Assembly: GCA_024137785.1 (NCBI GenBank)
Contig: JAHRHZ010000070.1
Span: forward strand, 6,102,575 to 6,166,574
Direction: 5' to 3'
DNA: 64,000 bases
Origin: Ginglymostoma cirratum
Lineage: Eukaryota
Under the pieces are notes generated by a model. It saw only the letters and a list, made by a program, of their open reading frames with translations. It was not told where the DNA came from and searched no databases. Within the stretch, counting starts at the first letter, position 1; each line of letters begins with the position of its first letter. This document shows positions 1-12,241 of the stretch, piece by piece. Position numbers and translations under genes: made by a program.

Positions 1-485
1 AGGAGGAATGTTATTTAAATATAAAAGATCCTAAGGGCACTTGACTGGGCAGATGCTGAAGGGATGTTTTCTCATGGGAGGGCCTAGAACTAGGGACATA
101 GTGTTTTAAAAATAAGGGGGAGTCAATACAGCGTGGAGCTAGGAACACAGGTCAGGCAGCATCAAGGGAGCAGGAGAGTTGACGGTTCAGATTGGACCCT
201 TTTGTCAGGACATTTAAAAGTAAGGCGTTACCCATATAGAAGGGAGATGAAGAGAATTTATTTCTGAGGGCAAGGAGTTTTGAACACTTCTCCAGAGGGT
301 GCTGGAAGCAAAACCAATGAATATTTTCAAGACAGATAGATAGATTCTTAACTGCAGATTCCCTCCCGAGTTATTACAGGTAGGACAGAAGGTGGAGTTA
401 TGGGCACAATCCAATTAGCCATGATGTTATTGACTAGTTGAACAGACTTGAGGGGTGACTGGCCTCCTCCTAATTTGTTTGCATG
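1..485 (+). mobile_element. CR1 3' fragment interrupted at ~122-212 by a single Penelope-terminus arm
   Basis: ctagaactagggacatagt...agggagatgaagagaatttatttc and tail ggcctcctcct. The insert caggcagcatcaagggagcaggagagttgacg resembles the mini-element arms. Confidence 0.65.
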
Positions 486-2342
486 TTAGCCTTCTTATGT
501 TGGTTAATAGTCATTGTTAATGCCATGTCGAGGATCCAATGATTCTGCATTTTGCAACCTGTCCTGCCTGATTTTTGACCTGTGATCTACCCTGCAAACT
601 CTTCTTTCCAGTGGAATTGCTCAAGATTAAGTCTGTAAATTATTTCATAATGACAGGAATGTTAAATACTTAAGCACCTACAATTATTCAGATATTACCG
701 GCTATTCAGGTAAAGCTGTGTGGGTTGACTTTATCAAATTTTGGTAAACGGAACCTTCACTCATTCGGGTTATTCATGCAGAAACCTTTTAAAAATAGTC
801 AATGCGTTGGTAATGGTTTTTATTAGAGGCCCTGCAGCATTGCAGTTTGTTCAAAAATGTTGGTTTCACTTCCCTATTATGTACAATTTCCTAATATCAT
901 TGGTGGAATATGTCAGATTTAATTTATCTATGCCATGTATCATTTAAGCTGTTTGATGTAGTATCATCTTTGCTGTTGTCAAAGAATAGAACAAAGGACA
1001 GCAATCTCGCTCTACCAGAATGAGTCACGGTTGTAGTTCTGTCTATTTCATGATTATGCGTTGAATGTTTTCTGTATGTGACCGAACATGACACATTACT
1101 GTAGGATGTTGTTTACTGGAATGCTGAGCAGTTTTACTTTTAAGCTTTGCCTCAAAGGGTCTAATGATGTGTTGCTGCTACTACACAGCAATTTGGCATT
1201 AAATATAGCATCTGTTGTCCGCCGTGTTGCTATATCTTTCAATTATTTCTTTTGTCCATTTTAACTTCAATCTGTAATATCTTATAGCTGTCTGTATTAG
1301 ATTTCATCTGCAGGCTTTTTTAAACTTTCATCTTAACTTTTTTTTATATAGATGCCCAGTCAATTTCTGAGACAACTGCCCCTAGTTTATTATCATCAAT
1401 GATGAGTTTGTTTTGAATTTTTGAATTTAGATCACTGCAATCAATCAGAAATCTTTAAATTCCCAGCTTGAATTTGTAGAGCACTGATGAGTTACCTTCT
1501 CAACCCAAGTGTGGACTGTCTTCTGTGAACAAACATCATTTTCTTTCCACAGCTTGCTTCTAACACACGTTGTTTTGGAACATGAATTGTAACTACTTTT
1601 TAGCTTTTGATCAACTACATTTATTAAAGGAAATTTAAATGCATTGCGTGACGTGACTTTCCACCATTAGGATATCAGAGTCTCAAGTCATTAATGTGGT
1701 TTATCTTGCAAGATGTTCACTTTCCCTGGCCAATTTGATTGTTATTTACAGTCTTGTATGTGTTTCCTCCTAATACTCAATTCCATAGTTTAGCAGATAC
1801 TGATAAAGGCCAAAAGGTCTGTATTTACCTGGCTTAATGATTCTCAGAAGGAAATAAATAAATTTGTTTTAGATCAGTAATATTTTTCCAGTATTAAATG
1901 GCGTCTTCGTAATGATTGTCTGCACTTCTCAAGTGTCATCTCTAAACAGCCTTGATGCTCTGGAATACAAAACTTTTCATCCTAGAAGTTTGTTCATGTG
2001 TAGGCTTGGCTAGGTTGGTTGGTTGTTGAAGCTGGCGAATCTGTCAATGCAGGACACTTTATTCTTCCCATCTCTAATGAATGAGTATATTAACTCTGCT
2101 CTGCTCGTCATCTTATTTCAGTCTATTGGTTTTGACTTCTAAAGGTTTCATCTTCTCCCTGCTTACTACTTGTAATGCTGCAAACATTCTTTTTTTTCTC
2201 TTTAGTTTTAGCCGTATTTCACACTTCAGTTTTTGCCCTCCTGTTCACCTATAAAAAGCTAGGATAAAATGAAGTGATTGATTGAAAGTGAAAAGTTCAG
2301 ACCTTGGGCTATAAAGATCAATGCTTCAATGCCATTAAGTAA

Positions 2343-2567
<225 letters not shown>

Positions 2568-2641
2568 TGAGAAAGATTGAATTCAAATCTCTTGTGCGCA
2601 AGGAATTTTCAAAAAAAGTTGCACTTTCCGTTCTTTACTAG

Positions 2642-2764
<123 letters not shown>

Positions 2765-2989
2765 TAAGTTCTTCTCTTAAAATCATGTGCCTTTTAAATT
2801 ATATCATTAAAAAGCACTGAAATTAGTTAAAAATGCTATCTTCAAAGCAGACTTTGGTTCTGCGACGGTTAACAGTTGATCCACAACTTATTTCTTCCAT
2901 GCATGTTGGCTTTGTCATTTTTAGTAATGTTACTGATTTCCTGAGTTATGTATTAGTACTTACAATTTATGGCACTGAAAAATAATAAT

Positions 2990-4100
2990 AGTTGAGGTTC
3001 CAGTACTGATTCCTTTGGTGAACTCATTACATCCTGTCAACCTGAAAAAGACCCATTTGCACCTGCTATCTGCTTTCTTTTAGCTAGCTACTTTTCTATC
3101 CATATCAATGTGCTACCCCTTTATTTCCTGCAACAACCTTTGTGGTACCTAATCAAATGCCTCTGGAAATCTGAATGTAGTACATTCATCGGTTCCCCTT
3201 AAACTGCATGATGTGTTACCCCTTCAAAAAAAAGTTCCAAGATTGGCCAGGCATGTTTTCCCTTTTACAAAACTATGTTGACTCTACCTGATTTACCTGA
3301 ACTTATCTAAGTGGTCTGTTATAACTTTAATAATTTCTAAAATTTTCCCTATGACAGATGTTAAGCTAATTGGTTTGTAGTTTCTTGCTTTCTGTCTCCC
3401 TTTGTTTTGAATAAAGGAGTTGCATTTGTTATCTTTCAAACTGACGGGACTTATTGTGAATTAACGATGGGATTGTTCGCACCTGCATTACCAACAATTG
3501 TGATTTCACCATGAAATCATTTATGAATCATATCTCATTGCACAAAACCAGGTCTAGTAAAGCCTACTGTCCTGTTGGCTCCAGAACATGCTGTTGTAAG
3601 CAACTGTCCTGAAAGTATCCTATGAACTCCTCACCTAGGCTGCCTTTTGTCAAGCTAACTTTTCTAGTTGAAGGGTAGATTAAAATCTCCCATGATTTAT
3701 AGCTGTGCCTTTCTGATAAGGTCTCTTTATTTTCTCCTTTATAAGCCACCCATTATTGGTTACTGTTAGGTTACCTGTATATCAATCCCACAAGTTACTC
3801 TTAACTCTATCATTTCTCATCTCTTCTCAAACTGCACATCTGGATTCTTGAAAGTCGGTCATCACTAACTACCCAAGGCACCCCTCCCTCTTTTTCTACC
3901 TTCATGCCCTTCCTAAACGTCCAGTATTCTTCAAGATTCAGGTCTTGACCCGCGTCATCTTGCACCCATGTGCTTATTCATTGTGCTTATTCATTTCTAC
4001 TTGTGTTTTTTCAGTTCATCTGTTTTGTTTTGAATGTTATGTGCATTCGGATTTAGAGCCTTTAGCTTTGTTCTTTTTTTTATAAATTTAATGTTATTTT
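2990..4100 (-). mobile_element. Degraded CR1 fragments
   Basis: Reverse-complement RT-like segments (tcaaatgcctctggaaatc, ccttttacaaaactatgttgact, aagctaattggtttgtagtt). Boundaries approximate. Confidence 0.6.
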
Positions 4101-5219
4101 TTGGTTTACTCTTAGATTTGTGAACTATATTTCATTCTAGATCAGTCTGTTCATAATTTTTTTTTATTCACTCAAGCAATGTGGACATCACTGGCTGGCC
4201 AGCAATTTCATTGCCTGTCCCTGGTTGCCCTTGAGAAGGTGCTAGTGAGCTGCTTTTATGAAACACTGCACTCCATCTTCTGTAGGTTGACCCACTGTTT
4301 GGACTTGTGTTTATTCTTTGATTTACTGTATGTTCCCAAGTTTGATCCTTTGCCCCCTTTTTTAAATTTAAAATCCTCTCTGTCTCCCTGGTTGTGTGGT
4401 CAGCAAGAACACAGTTACACTGGTACAGATCCCATTTTGCACCAGTACCGATGCCAATGTGCCACTGACTGTTTTCAACATCTCCTTTACCTATTTTTAA
4501 CCCATGCATTCATTTATCTTATTAGCACATTACTTCTCTTCCTCCACGTGAATGGCAGTCTGTACCATGGTGCTTGGATAGTTCATTCATCCTCCCTGCA
4601 TTCTGTGCTCTCATCCGTACTGGGAGCTTGACCCTCATGCCTACTATATATGGGCACTGACTGAGGCTCCCCCATAGCTCAGTTTGGATCCCAGTGCCTG
4701 CCTTGTTCACAGTCACCATCCCTCCTGTGCCTGACCACGGACAAATTTGATGTAATTACGTTGAAGGCTGTGACTGCCTCCAAAATCATTCTCCCAGTAA
4801 CACCTCCCTCCCTGGTGTGTTGCAGTATCTGCTCAGAGTTCTTGGCTGAAATTCCTCGAGCCTCAACTAACACTTTTTGCAGATATGTTCACTGTGGATC
4901 ACTCCAGCGCCCTCCAGCCCGCATATACTACAGCACCAACACATTGCCTGTCCAGCCATCTCAACTCTATTCAATTAATTAATTTAGGTGTTAAATATTT
5001 TACATGAACTTCCAAACTTTACTGTTCAGCTGTAATATTGTCTGTTGATTTAAACTGCTTAGGCAATCAAGAGATATGGAAGAATTGCCAATCACTGACC
5101 TGCTATTTTGTTTTAATCGAGGTGGTTCTTCTAAAATTTTCAAGTGCAGGAATATTTTCAAATTCAGCACTTTAATTATAATGACTAAGTCACATATATG
5201 ACATCAAGCTTTAACCTGC

Positions 5220-6070
5220 AACTACTTCCCTCCATTTCTTTCTTGCCTCTGATTCATCCTGCTGCTTGTCAGATATCCAGAATTGATGAACAGAACTAAC
5301 TCCAACTAAATATTTGGAAAGTTGAAGCCTCAATCTGGTCCCAAGCCATCAACTATTTCTTTCACCCTGGCTACTGTCTAAAGCTTATCCACCTCATTTT
5401 CAGCATTGCCATGCATTTTCCCTTGAGTTGAGTTTCCATTTCCTCTTCCATCATTAAATGGATTCCACCTCTGTTTAAATTTATAAATGAGAGTTTCAGC
5501 TGCTTATGTCTTTATTAACTCTAACCATGACAACTCCAAAGCTCTCATAACTGGTGTTGTACTTTGCACCCGTTAAATTTGAGTATCCACAGCTCTGCTA
5601 CCCATGCCTTAACAGTTACCAAATCCTGTTCACCCATCCTCCATATGCTTACTAACTTACACTGGTTCCTTGTTTGGCAGCGGCTCAATTTTAAAAGTTT
5701 CTTTGATTTAAGTCCTGAACCACCACTACTACCCCTCCCCCCACCAGCCCATCACCTTGGCCCCCTCTTTACCTATAATCTCCTACAGCCATGGGATCTC
5801 TGTTCTCCTCCAGTTCTAGCCTCTTAATTAATTTTCTTCAATTATTGTTCCTGTATCTAGCTGTTTAGATATCAATCCTAGAATCTCCTCCCTACATCTA
5901 TTCAACTCTATCTCTCATTCCTTCTTGTGAGATGGTCCTTAAGTCTCGGCTCTTTGACTAAGTATTTGATTACCTCTCCTATTGTGGTGTGGTTTTAAAT
6001 CTCTTTTGGCTAAAGCTTCTATGAATGATAATGGACATTAAATGTTTCATATAAATGCAACATATTCCAA
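5220..6070 (+). mobile_element. Degraded L2-clade LINE 3' region
   Basis: cacccatcctccatatgcttactaacttacactggttcc (HITP.L..LHWL-like) and L2-type tail catataaatgcaa. Approximate. Confidence 0.55.
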
Positions 6071-6105
6071 GTAAAGTAGGCTAAACACAAGTCAAAGTAC
6101 TGTGA

Positions 6106-6294
<189 letters not shown>

Positions 6295-6438
6295 TGATCT
6301 GTTTCTAGGAATACATGTGTTACTTGTTTCTATGTGCTTTACCCATCTCAGTTGAATTCTCAGAATTAATTTGATCTACTGTTTGTAATAAAGTTGAACC
6401 GTTTCTTTCAGATAAATTCTCTTATTTGTCTCTTCTAG

Positions 6439-6862
<424 letters not shown>

Positions 6863-7207
6863 TGAAGATGATGCTAAATTATCTAGCTTGTGAGACGCGC
6901 GTTCTAATGAATGTGGTTGATGTAAAAGTTACAAGTCAGTAATCTACATTATAAGCAAATTGATAAGCCAGTTTTGCTGATCCTTGTTATATTTGTGATT
7001 TTACAATGTAATTTTAGTGGCTATTTGTAAGTTTTTGTTTCACTGTGCACATCCTGATTGTGAGATATTTAGAGAATTCCTTATTTTGTAGCTCAATAAA
7101 TAGTCTAAAGATGGTTCATGAAGCACATGCACTGAGGCTTTGGAGTAGATCTGTAGCTCGGGTTGTGGGTGTTGAGCTTGGTTGGCTCGCCGAGCTGGAT
7201 TGTTGTT

Positions 7208-7251
7208 CCACAGACGTTTCGTTACCGTGCTTGGTAACATCCTCAGTGCAG
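7208..7251 (-). ncRNA. Minimal type I hammerhead ribozyme motif (mirror copy)
   Basis: Exact reverse complement of 9015-9058. Confidence 0.8.
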
Positions 7252-9014
7252 CCTCTGATGAAGCGTCGGTGTGTTTTCCTGCCTGGTTTTTAAACTCTGG
7301 GGTCCGTTGCGATGGATTGCCTCACTTCTGGGTTTCCTCCAAAGTGCAATCATATATGGGGTCGTGTTCAATGTGTTTATTAATAGCATGCTTTGTGGAG
7401 TGCCATGCTTCCAGGAATTCTTGTTCTTGTCTCTGCCTAGCCTGTCCCAGGATCTTGGTGTTGTCCCAGTCGAAGTCGTGGTTCTCCTTGTCCATGTGGA
7501 TTGAGATGAGTGAGTAGTGGTCGTGTCTTTTTGTAGCCAGTTGGTGTTCATGTACTCCTGTTGTTAGTTTCCTTCCTGTTTGTCCGATGTAGTGTTTCTC
7601 GCAGTCTCTGCATGGGATCTTGTAGATGACATTGGTCCTGTCCATGGTTGGGAGTGGATCTTTAGTTCGGGTCAGCACTTGTCGTGGGGTTGATGTGGGC
7701 TTGCGTACCACTCTGATTCCCAGTGGTCGTAAAAGTCTTGTGGTGAGCTCTGACGTGTCCTGATGTAGGGCAGTGTGATGAGTGTGTCAGGGCATGTAGA
7801 ATCTTTCTGATGCTGTTCCCATAGGCATCTCCTGACCCAGTTCTTTGGATATCCATTATCCTTGAACACTTGGAAGAGGTATTCCTCCTCCCCATGGCGT
7901 AGTTCTATGTTGCTGCAGTGTGTTGTTGCCCTTTTAAATAGTTTTGGCACGCAGCTTCGTTTGTGTGTGTTGGGATGGTTACTTTACGTTTAATGATGAC
8001 AAATGTGATGCAAAGACTGGAAAGGACGGCCCTTCCACTAATCCAACCTAAACCATGGATACGCTACGTAGATGACACCTTTGTCATCATTAAACGGACC
8101 AAACTAGAAGAGAGACACAAACTCATAAACAGCACCCTCACCAGAATAAGATTCACCAGGGAGGAGGAGAAGAACAAACAACTCCCATTCCTGAACGTCA
8201 TGGTAGAGCACAAGACAAATGGGGAACTGCAAACGAAAGTACACCGAAAAGCCACACACACGGACCAGGTATTGAACTTCAATCGTAACCATCCCAAACA
8301 CACAAACGAAGTTGCGTGCCAAAACTATTTAAAAGGGCAACAACACACTGCAGCAACATAGAACTACGCCATGGGGAGGAGGAATACCTCTTCCAAGTGT
8401 TCAAGGATAATGGATATCCAAAGAACTGGGTCAGGAGATGCCTATGGGAACAGCATCAGAAAGATTCTACATGTCCTGACACACTCATCACACTGCCCTA
8501 CATCAGGACACGTCAGAGCTCACCACAAGACTTCTACGACCACTGGGAATCAGAGTGGTACGCAAGCCCACATCAACCCCACGACAAGTGCTGACCCGAA
8601 CTAAAGATCCACTCCCCACCATGGACAGGACCAATGTCATCTACAAGATCCCCTGCAGAGACTGCGAGAAACACTACATCGGACAAACAGGAAGGAAACT
8701 AACAACAGGAGTACATGAACACCAACTGGCTACAAGAAGACACGACCAATACTCTCTCATCTCAACCCACGTGGACAAGGAGAACCACAACTTCGACTGG
8801 GACAACACCAAGATCCTGGGACAGGCTAGGCAGAGACAAGCACAAGAATTCCTGGAAGCATGGCACTCCACGAAGCATGCTATTAGTAAACATGTTGAAC
8901 ACGACCCCATATATGATTGCACTTTGGAGGAAACCCAGAAGTGAGGCAATCCATCGCAACAGACCCCAGAGTTTAAAAACCAGGCAGGAAAACACACCGA
9001 CGCTTCATCAGAGG

Positions 9015-9058
9015 CTGCACTGAGGATGTTACCAAGCACGGTAACGAAACGTCTGTGG
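9015..9058 (+). ncRNA. Minimal type I hammerhead ribozyme motif in the Penelope 3' terminal repeat
   Basis: ctgca-CTGAGGA-t-GTTACC-aagcac-GGTAAC-GAAAC-GTC-tgtgg: intact core, 6-bp stem II, palindromic ACGT in place of stem III, and a wobble-rich stem I. Confidence 0.8.
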
Positions 9059-9382
9059 AACAACAATCCAGCTCAGCGAGCCAACCAACCTCAACACATG
9101 CGCTGAGTATTCCGTATGTTGGGTTTTCATAAAAGTAAGTGTAAACTTAGGAAGTGAAGTATTTCAAATTGATCGATCTTTGCACCTAAGTTTGGAGAAA
9201 GACTGGAACTCAAAATTTGGAGCATTTTCTTTTATTTCAAATTTCACCAAACTCGAGCACTTTGATTACTTTCCTGTTGAGATGATTTAACTTTGAATCA
9301 ACATTCTGCAATTTTTAAATATAAAATAATATATTATGTGAAGGAAGGACCGATATGTTCAAGGTGCGTTTCTTTTTTCCAG

Positions 9383-9462
9383 AATGTAGCGATTCCAGTG
9401 AAAATGCCAATACCAGTAAAATCTAGTGAAGTTGCTGCTAAAAAGTCTCAACCAAGGGCAAG
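9383..9462 (+). CDS. AAK1: AAK1-like exon (NVAIPVKMPIPVKSSEVAAKKSQPRA)
   Basis: tttttccag|AAT ... GCAAG|gtagac, 80 bp. Resembles recalled human [27 protein letters not shown]. Confidence 0.88.
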
Positions 9463-9650
9463 GTAGACTGGTCATTGCATTGTCTCGCTAAATTTGAGTT
9501 TTGTTCCGTTGTAAAGTATTAATTAAAGGTAAATTTCCTGATGCCTTTCAAATTATAGTCCAGACTTGCGTATTCCAGTTTTGGGGGGGAAAATGTCGCC
9601 TTTTCCAAGTTGATACTTATAAATTCACTGTTCATAAAAACCTTCTATAG

Positions 9651-9886
9651 GCTTACAGACCCAGTACCGACTACAGAGACCTCAATAGCACCTCGCCAAA
9701 GGCCAAAAGCTGGCCAGTCAACTCCATCTTCAAGCATTCTGACGATTCAGCCTGCTATGACTCCAAGGAAGAGATCTACTACACAGTTGGCCCCTCAACC
9801 CCCAGCTGTGGAGTTGGCCCCTCAACCCCCAGCTGTGGAGTTGGCCCCTCAACCCCCAGCTGCGCAGTTGGCTCCTCAACCATCAG
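9651..9886 (+). CDS. AAK1: AAK1-like exon ([22 protein letters not shown]...TPRKR plus LAPQPPAVE repeats)
   Basis: ctatag|G ... CATCAG|gtatgt, 236 bp. Conserved [13 protein letters not shown] motif. Confidence 0.92.
9784..9886 (+). repeat. Coding 27-bp tandem repeat, three full units and one partial
   Basis: (c/g)agttggcccctcaacccccagctg(t/c)g at 9784, 9811 and 9838; diverged partial copy at 9865. Confidence 0.95.
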
Positions 9887-10379
9887 GTATGTATTTATGT
9901 TCATAGCTGTATAATCTCTGAAAGTATTTTTAAAATTTAAATTCACTTGTTCACAGATAATTCCTTTCTTGTCTCTTGTCCACAAATTAGCATTGTTGCT
10001 GGCAATATGTTTAAGGGTGGGGGAAGTTTTCAACAGTTTTTAGTGGCATTGAACTAAGAGTTTAAAACAAATGTTACTCGGTGTTTCCTCAAGCCTAGGT
10101 GATGTCTGAAATATTGGTCTCCTTTTGAAATATAAGCCAATTTCTGTCTGCCTGCCTTGTTGTTTAGAACAAAATATTAACAGGACATGATACACATGGT
10201 TTCTGGGGTGATTATTCAGAAGTGCCTAGCTTGAATCATTTTTCAAGGGCCTGTTTCTTCGAATAATGCTGCTGGGTAGTGTGTCAACATGTTAAGAACA
10301 GCAACTATGAGCTAGCTGAGAATTGATTTTAAGAAGTATTTTTAAAAATATTTTTAAAAAGACGATCTAGTGGCTACTC

Positions 10380-11670
10380 ATTGACATGGGAAATAGAGGA
10401 ACGTTTGCATAGCCATACAAGAATTATGGAACAGTTATAATGAGGAATATAAATAATACTGATATAGTCTGGACACAAGTTGAAAGGGTAGAAAAGGGCA
10501 AGAGATTCTAGATTGTCTTAAGGAGAATTTTGTACATCAAAGTATGTTTTCAGTCCAGTAAGCAATGAGGTATTGCTAGATTTGGTTCAGAAATGAGATG
10601 GGTCAGGTGGATCAGGTGCCACTTTGGGACCACTTAGATCACAGTGATTGTAGCATTATTAGACTTTTGTTTCAATGGAAAAAGACGACGAGCAATCCTG
10701 AATAAAATAATTAACTTATTAACTTCAAGAAGGTGAGAACAGAGGTATATCTGAGATCGGCAGATAAAACTGAAACAGAAGTATTGTGAACTGCTAGGAA
10801 AATGGTGAAAAGCCATTATAGACAGGCTAGTGGAATGGAAGGATGCAGCACACTCTGAAATGTGTCATTGCTCAGAAGATTGAGAGGCAGTTGAGATGCG
10901 GGAATAGTTTTAAGCGAGCTGCAGCAGTATAGGGACCTCGGGATTTCTGTGGACAAATTATGGAACGGGGCAGAACGTGTTGAAAAAGCAGCTAATAAAT
11001 CATTATGTCCTTGGGCTTTATGGAAAAGGCCATACGGTACGAAATGGGGAAACTATTACAAGAAGAATAAAATGCTGGCTGAGCCTAAACTTGCCAAAAC
11101 TGGCCACCATGCTTTAACACAGGTATTGAAGCTTTAGAGAGAATGCAGAAAAAAAAAATATTTGGAGCTGAGATCACAACCAGCTTAACCATCATTTTTA
11201 TTGAAATGTGGATCAGGCTGGAATGGCCAACATCTGTTCCTGTGCCCTGGTGGAATATTTCCAGGAATGAGGCGGGGTTCAGCTACTCTAATAGATTGAA
11301 GATCCTGGGATTGATCTCCTTGAAGAAGAAAGAATTAAGGTTCGTAAATAAAAAGCTGCTTCTATTGGCTGAAGTGATCAAGGACCAGAGGACAACAAAA
11401 AGCACCTTTCTTAGGCAAAAAAAGGCAACAATAGTTTCAGTGGCTTGAGGAAGATAAATCTTTTTACGGTGAATAGTTAGGATCTGTGATGCACTGCTTG
11501 AATGTTTGGTAGAGCAGACTGAATCATGATTTCCAGAAGGAACTTGGATGATTAACTGAAGAAAAAGACCCTGCATGGCTAAGGGCAAAACGGGCAGGGA
11601 AAAAAATGTGGTGAGCTGATTTACAGAGAGCTGGCACAGACATGACTAGCCAAATGGCCTCTCCTTTAGC
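10380..11670 (+). mobile_element. Degraded CR1 fragments
   Basis: EN/RT-like decayed sequence and tail gactagccaaatggcctctcct. Approximate. Confidence 0.6.
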
Positions 11671-12013
11671 TAATTGACTTTTAGTTTTTAAGCCTTTACA
11701 GTAGATTGACTGACTACACTTCACTGAGAACTCGACTGGTGCAATTGCAGACAATTTAAAGCTGGGATGAAGATTTATCAATTTAAAGAATTCAGATACA
11801 ATTCAAAATGTCAGTAACAGTTACGTTCAAAACATTGTTTTGAATCTCAGTTGCATAAGAAATTGGATTTACAATATAATTCACACCTCTGAGACTAGCC
11901 CGGAGCTATTCGGCTGACATTGACTCTATTCCAATGGAGCCCAGGACCGAAAAGGATGCCTATTGTGTGGAGATGGAGTGGAAATCTCAAAATCAACTGG
12001 GTATTGTTATTTG

Positions 12014-12241
12014 AGATAAAAGGTACTGCAGATGATGGAGAATCCGAGATAACAAGGTGTGGGGCTGGATGAACACAGCAGGCCAAGCAGCATCATAGAG
12101 CAGGAAAGCTTGACGTTTCAGGCCTAGACCCTTCATCAGAATGCAGGGTCTGAAGAAGGGTCTAGGCCTGATATGTCAAGCTTTCCTGCTCCTATGATGC
12201 TGCTTGGCCTGCTGTGTTCATCCAGCCCCACACCTTGTTAT
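12014..12241. mobile_element. Short palindromic non-autonomous Penelope-derived element with hammerhead motifs
   Basis: ~95-bp inverted arms around ~12141-12148. Perfect 17-bp target duplication CTGGGTATTGTTATTTG at 11997-12013 and 12242-12258. Sequence matches the terminus of the Penelope element at 59395. Confidence 0.88.
12109..12141 (-). ncRNA. Minimal hammerhead ribozyme motif
   Basis: Minus strand reads tt-CTGATGA-agggtctaggcct-GAAAC-GTC-aa. The + arm copy is degenerate (GATATGTC). Confidence 0.6.

Larger units (their letters stand above)
7137..9094. mobile_element. Penelope-like retroelement insertion (probably Poseidon/Penelope clade) with inverted-repeat structure, 5'-truncated and frameshifted
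   Basis: + copy encodes RT C-terminal part (WIRYVDDTFVII) and GIY-YIG endonuclease (IYKIPCRDCEKHYIGQTGR). 7170-7982 is the reverse complement of 8285-9096. Flanked by a 13-bp duplication CACATGC(A/G)CTGAG at 7124-7136 and 9095-9107. Confidence 0.92.

Noticed and set aside
4168-4982. Several 60-150 aa ORFs
   Set aside because: No recognisable domain or splice context; they overlap decayed repeat sequence.
7254-7290. CTGATGA on the + strand as an additional hammerhead
   Set aside because: No stem II followed by GAAA downstream, so the core is incomplete.
7243-9066. Cluster of overlapping ORFs appearing twice, as if duplicated genes
   Set aside because: All are frames or antisense frames of one frameshifted Penelope element and its inverted copy.
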